Positions 59,694-64,000 of a DNA stretch of 64,000 nt are shown here, piece by piece (positions within the stretch are counted from its first letter, which is position 1; each line of letters starts with the position of its first letter). The translations under genes were made by a program, and so were the position numbers. The DNA comes from Candidatus Latescibacterota bacterium (GTDB taxonomy: Bacteria > Latescibacterota > UBA2968 > GCA-2709665): NCBI GenBank assembly GCA_963667175.2, contig CAXXXF010000003.1, positions 224,001 through 288,000 of the forward strand, written 5' to 3'. The notes beneath the pieces are model-generated. The model was given only the letters and a program-made list of their open reading frames with translations. It did no database searches and was not told the DNA's origin.

Positions 59694-60212
59694 CCGCGAT
59701 GCGGGGGGGACCGTTACCAGGGGAAAGGCAGTGGCGAGGAAAAGCAGTGGTTAGTGGCCAGTGGTCAGTAAAGGCAGCGTTCAGCCGTCAGCCACGACCT
59801 GTTGACGATAGGGATTGGCGATAACAATTCAGGAAAATCCGTCGGTTTGTAGGGGCGGTTCGCGAACCGCCCGATTTGCGCAGAGCTCTCCCCCCGGCCT
59901 GCCTGCGCCTGCCTGTCCCGTTGGAGCGGCAGACAGGTCGAGTTCTGCTCGGCAGGCAGGCCCCCTCTCCCAAAGGGAGAGGGGGAGCAGGACAGAGTGT
60001 ATATCCATTCGCGGATGCCTGGATCTTGTGTAGGGGCGGCCGGCCGGTCGCCCCTACAGATGCGACGCCGGTGGGGGGCGTTTTCGCAACCATCCATATA
60101 AACTCCGTTTTCTGAACACAGAGGTTGACGCAGGCCGAAGCCGACAACTGTCGCAAAATGCGTCATCTTAACTCGCACGGAAACCGCTCTCCATACAAGA
60201 GGAGGTCTCGCC

Positions 60213-62927
60213 ATGAACAGTAAAAGAAAAGTCGTCATCGGGTTGCTGATCGCGATGGGCGTTGTCTTCGCGGGGGTCGGGTCTGTTTCCGCGCAGACCG
60301 CTGCGGACGCGGATTTTGACGACAGCGGCGAGGTGGGGTTTCAGGACTTCCTGCTGTTTGCGGCGAAGTTCAATACCGCAAGGGGCGACGCGGATTACGA
60401 CGCCAGGTTCGACCTGGACGACAGCGGCGAGGTGGGGTTTGCGGATTTCCTCACGTTCGCGCGGTTTTTCGGCGAGACTGCGCCCGTGCCGGCGCTGGCG
60501 CTGACCGGGATCGCGCCGTCGGAAGGGATGCCCGGAACGCTGATCGAGCTTGTGGGGCAATTTGACGGCGATACGGCGTATCAGGTGAAATTCGGCACGG
60601 TTTTGTTCCCGGTGTTCGCGCAAGACGCGGAACGGATTACCGCCATGGTGCCCGTGTTGGAAAGCGGGTCCGTGCCGGTTCTCGTGGTTGACCCGTCGGG
60701 CCCGGAATCTGATCCCATGTCGTTTGAGGTGCTGGCGCTCCCTGAACCGCGGATGAACGTCCAGCAATTGCAACAGACCGTGTCGGACGTCGGGGCGGGT
60801 ATCGGGAATGCCCTGGCGCCGGTGATGGACGCCGGTGTGTTTCCCAGCGACGCGGACGCGGCGTTGTTCAGCCAGGAAATGGATAAGCTGAACGCGGCGT
60901 GGGGCGTCATCGGGCAGCGGATCGCGGCCCTGCCGCCGGAGGACGCCGCGCTGTTGACGCAACTTCTGGACAACAGCGGGGCGTTGGGCATTCTGGAGGG
61001 CCTCGGGAAAATCGATCTGAGCGCGTCGAAGGTACCGGCGGAGAGCAGTTTGACGCATCAGGTATTTTTTCGGGTGGATATCGTCAGTGCGCTCTTGGGC
61101 TATGCCAGTGAAGTGACCATGCTAATCACGATAGTTTCGGCGGTGGCGCCGGAACCGTTGTTCACGAAAGCCGCAGCCGGCGCACTGGGGGGTATAGGTA
61201 TATTAACCGGTACGTTGAAACTTGCAATTGACGCGGCCATTCCAACGGATTTGCAACGCGTCAGCAGAGTGGAGATAACTCCGACGCCGGTGCTGGTGGA
61301 GGGCGTATCCGACGTGGTGTTTTTCGGGGAGTTTAAGACGGAGAGTAATTTAGCCAGTGAGCTGGCGTCGCAGAAGATTGATGAGGGGATTACGACAATT
61401 TTGGAATTTGTTATCAAAAGGAAGATACCGGCAGCCAAGAAGCTGCTGGAAGATAGAGATAAAGGGATAGAGTCGCCGGCGAGCGAAGCGCTGGATGAAA
61501 TTGTCGGCTTTTTCTCGGGCATCTTCTCAGAGATCGGTATTGACGAGACGGGGTTGAATACCCTCTTGGAGAAAGTGGAACTGTCGCGCAATGACGTGCG
61601 ATTGGATATGTCGCTATACCGTCTCAGTGTGCCAAGCATAATAAAGTGGGGTATACCGATATTCCCCGCCGAAGAGATTGACAAGATGCTGGGCGTTCTG
61701 GAAAAAGTCGGAATTGACGTGGTTTCCGAATCGGTGGAGGTCGTGGACAGTCGGGACGTCGCAAATGAAGACGTGGCGGTGTATGATCCTGCAACGGTTC
61801 AACTGACGGGAAAGACAGCGGGCGTGATGCGGCTGAAGATGCGGGCATTTCGGTTTGTGGAGCCGGGAGGCGAGTCGGGTGATGAGCCGGGAGAAGAAAA
61901 AAAAGGACTTTTGGGCCGCCTGTGGGATCGCGCGAAGCAAATTGCGACAATTCCGTTGGACTTTCTGAAAAACCTTCATCCTATCTTTCGTTTTTTCAAT
62001 TCGATGGAGCGTCTGGATCCAGTGTACGTTGAATTTGCGGTGAAGGTGTCCGGCTCCGACGTCGAGGAACCCCTTGTGGTCGAGTCAATACGCAATCTGA
62101 CGCGAGGCCATGACGGCTTAGGACCCTCGTGGTCGCCCGATGGAAGGCGCATCGCCTTCTCATCCGAGCGTGGCGCCAACTACGAGATCTACGTGATGGG
62201 CTCAGACGGAAGCAATCCGCGCAGCCTTACCAACGCCATTGGAAGCGACATGGACCCCTCGTGGTCGCCCGATGGAAGGCACATCGCCTTCTCATCCGAG
62301 CGTGACGGCAACGACGAGATCTACGTGATGGGCTCAGACGGAAGCAATCCGCGCAACCTTACCAACGCCATTGGAAGCGACAGGTACCCCTCGTGGTCGC
62401 CCGATGGAAGGCACATCGCCTTCTCATCCACTCGCGACGGCAGATTGGAGATCTACGTGATGGGCTCAGACGGGAGCAATCCGCGCAGACTCACCAACCA
62501 CAGTGGAGGCGGCTGGGACCCCTCGTGGTCGCCCGATGGAAGGCACATTGCCTTCACATCCGGGGGTGATGTCAACTCCTTTTGGGAGTCCGAGATCTAC
62601 GTGATGGGCTCAGACGGGAGCAATCCGGGCAACCTTACCAACCAAAGTGGAATCGACATGGGCCCCTCGTGGTCGCCCGATGGAAGGCGCATCGCCTTCA
62701 CATCCGACAGTGGCGCCAACTACTACAACATCTACGTGATGGGCTCAGACGGAAGCAATCCGCGCAGCCTTACCAACGCCATTGGAAGCGACAATGACCC
62801 CAATGTAATGGACAGGTACCCCTCGTGGTCGCCCGATGGAAGGCACATCGCCTTCTCATCCTTACGCGACTTCGACTTTGAGGTCTTCCAGATCTACGTG
62901 ATCACCTTTCAGGGCGGCGGGCAATAG
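60213..62927 (+). CDS. secreted dockerin-like + IPT/TIG-like + helical region + PD40 protein (array member 4)
   Basis: Same N-terminus; middle region closely related to member 1; six PSWSPDGR.IAF repeats. Confidence 0.8.
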   Translation: MNSKRKVVIGLLIAMGVVFAGVGSVSAQTAADADFDDSGEVGFQDFLLFAAKFNTARGDADYDARFDLDDSGEVGFADFLTFARFFGETAPVPALALTGIAPSEGMPGTLIELVGQFDGDTAYQVKFGTVLFPVFAQDAERITAMVPVLESGSVPVLVVDPSGPESDPMSFEVLALPEPRMNVQQLQQTVSDVGAGIGNALAPVMDAGVFPSDADAALFSQEMDKLNAAWGVIGQRIAALPPEDAALLTQLLDNSGALGILEGLGKIDLSASKVPAESSLTHQVFFRVDIVSALLGYASEVTMLITIVSAVAPEPLFTKAAAGALGGIGILTGTLKLAIDAAIPTDLQRVSRVEITPTPVLVEGVSDVVFFGEFKTESNLASELASQKIDEGITTILEFVIKRKIPAAKKLLEDRDKGIESPASEALDEIVGFFSGIFSEIGIDETGLNTLLEKVELSRNDVRLDMSLYRLSVPSIIKWGIPIFPAEEIDKMLGVLEKVGIDVVSESVEVVDSRDVANEDVAVYDPATVQLTGKTAGVMRLKMRAFRFVEPGGESGDEPGEEKKGLLGRLWDRAKQIATIPLDFLKNLHPIFRFFNSMERLDPVYVEFAVKVSGSDVEEPLVVESIRNLTRGHDGLGPSWSPDGRRIAFSSERGANYEIYVMGSDGSNPRSLTNAIGSDMDPSWSPDGRHIAFSSERDGNDEIYVMGSDGSNPRNLTNAIGSDRYPSWSPDGRHIAFSSTRDGRLEIYVMGSDGSNPRRLTNHSGGGWDPSWSPDGRHIAFTSGGDVNSFWESEIYVMGSDGSNPGNLTNQSGIDMGPSWSPDGRRIAFTSDSGANYYNIYVMGSDGSNPRSLTNAIGSDNDPNVMDRYPSWSPDGRHIAFSSLRDFDFEVFQIYVITFQGGGQ

Positions 62928-63600
62928 CCGCGAAGCAGGGTGACCCTCATCGGGGGAAAGGCAGTGGTCGGGAAAAGCAGTGGCCAGTGATCAGTGGTCA
63001 GTAAAGGCAACGGCCAGTAAAGGCGGTGAGAGGGTAGACGGGAGATGATATGAATGCCTCGTGCGGTTTCATTGCTTGCCAAGGGCATAACGGGAAGGTC
63101 ATCCGGGCAAGGATCTCTTCTCCCGTCTAACGTCTTCCGTCTCACCGATTTCAGGTTTTTCATCTACCGTCCACATGCGGCTTACCGCCGTCGGGCGACC
63201 TCTCCCCCCGTCCCCCTCTCCCAGGGGGAGAGGGGGAGAACAGCAGGCGTTTCGCCATCAAGAGACTTCGCGTGTGGTTGTTGCGTCACTCGAAGCGTGT
63301 TCAGCAGGCGACAATTCCCCCCTTCCCCCCGGGAAGGGGGAAAGGGGGTAGGTCTGGGAGGCGGTGAGAGGGGGAGAAAACCGGGCGAGGGTATCGACTA
63401 TCACTCCCCCCTTGGGGGGGAGTCGGCAAGGCAAGGGCGCCAGCCCGAAGGCGCGCCGGTGGGGGGCGTTTCCGCAACCATCCATATAAATTCCGTTTTC
63501 TGAACACAGAGGTTGACGCAAGCCGTAACCGACAACTGTCGCAAAATGCGTCACCTGATCTCGCACGCAAACCGCTCTCCATACAATAGGAGGTCTCGCC

Positions 63601-64000
63601 ATGAATAATAAAAGAAAAGTCGTCATCGGGTTGCTGATCGCGATGGGCGTTGTCTTCGCGGGCGCCGGGTCCGTTTCCGCGCAGACCGCTGCGGACGCGG
63701 ATTTTGACGACAGCGGCGAGGTGGGCTTTCAGGACTTCCTGCTGTTTGCCGCGAAGTTCGGGCTGAGCCAGGGCGACGCGGATTACGACGCCAGGTTCGA
63801 CCTGGACGGCAGCGGCGCGGTGGGGTTTGCGGATTTCCTCGCGTTCGCGCGGCTGTTCGGCGAGACTGTGCCCGTGCCTGCGCTGGCGCTGACCGGGATC
63901 GCGCCGTCGGAAGGGATGCCCGGAACGCTGATCGAGCTGGTGGGGCAGTTCGACGCCGATACGGCGTATCAGGTGAAATTCGGCACGGTCTTGTTGCCGG
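63601..64000 (+). CDS. array member 5, truncated by the window end (absent from the ORF track)
   Basis: AGGAGG RBS; MNNKRKVVIGLLIAMGVVFAGAGSVSAQTAADADFDDSGEVGFQDFLLFAAKFGLSQGDADYDARFDLDGSG... open to nt 64000. Confidence 0.85.
   Translation, partial: MNNKRKVVIGLLIAMGVVFAGAGSVSAQTAADADFDDSGEVGFQDFLLFAAKFGLSQGDADYDARFDLDGSGAVGFADFLAFARLFGETVPVPALALTGIAPSEGMPGTLIELVGQFDADTAYQVKFGTVLLP

Noticed and set aside
48568-64000. Diversity-generating retroelement behind the variable array
   Set aside because: No reverse transcriptase or Avd gene is in the window, and repeat differences include indels and non-adenine changes.
1-64000. rRNA, tRNA or riboswitch
   Set aside because: None recognised by eye; an Infernal/tRNAscan run would be needed to exclude them.

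Overview
GC-rich bacterial DNA. The gene repertoire (PhyH-type dioxygenase, DUF6785-type membrane proteins, GWxTD proteins, dockerin-like/FlgD-Ig secreted proteins, NHL/PD40 repeats) suggests an FCB-group lineage such as Latescibacterota, possibly a sponge-type symbiont; this is inference only. Four zones: (1) 1-4.5 kb, tail of a defence island with a HEPN-DUF499 ATPase and two decayed toxin-antitoxin pairs. (2) 4.7-41.5 kb, a probable acidic-glycan catabolic region with four ~1100-1200 aa heparinase II/III-like + beta-propeller paralogs, three DUF6785-like membrane proteins, uxuA, a nitrilase and an enolase-family enzyme. It is interrupted by islands carrying an unusual mobile element, GmrSD, MNT-HEPN, a MITE and an orphan gene pair. 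(3) 41.7-44.4 kb, a YtrA-like GntR/ABC operon. (4) 44.5-64 kb, an outer-membrane barrel, a cohesin-like secreted protein and at least 5 tandem secreted proteins with a near-identical dockerin-like N-terminus and swapped C-terminal repeat modules; several of these genes share a palindromic upstream motif. Top candidates for undescribed biology: the non-cellulosomal cohesin/dockerin-like modular display locus; a transposon with asymmetric hairpin ends, CTAA flanks and a non-autonomous mini copy; and 30/33-bp CCTG...CAGG micro-elements that nest inside each other. All domain names are motif-level recognition by eye, not database results.
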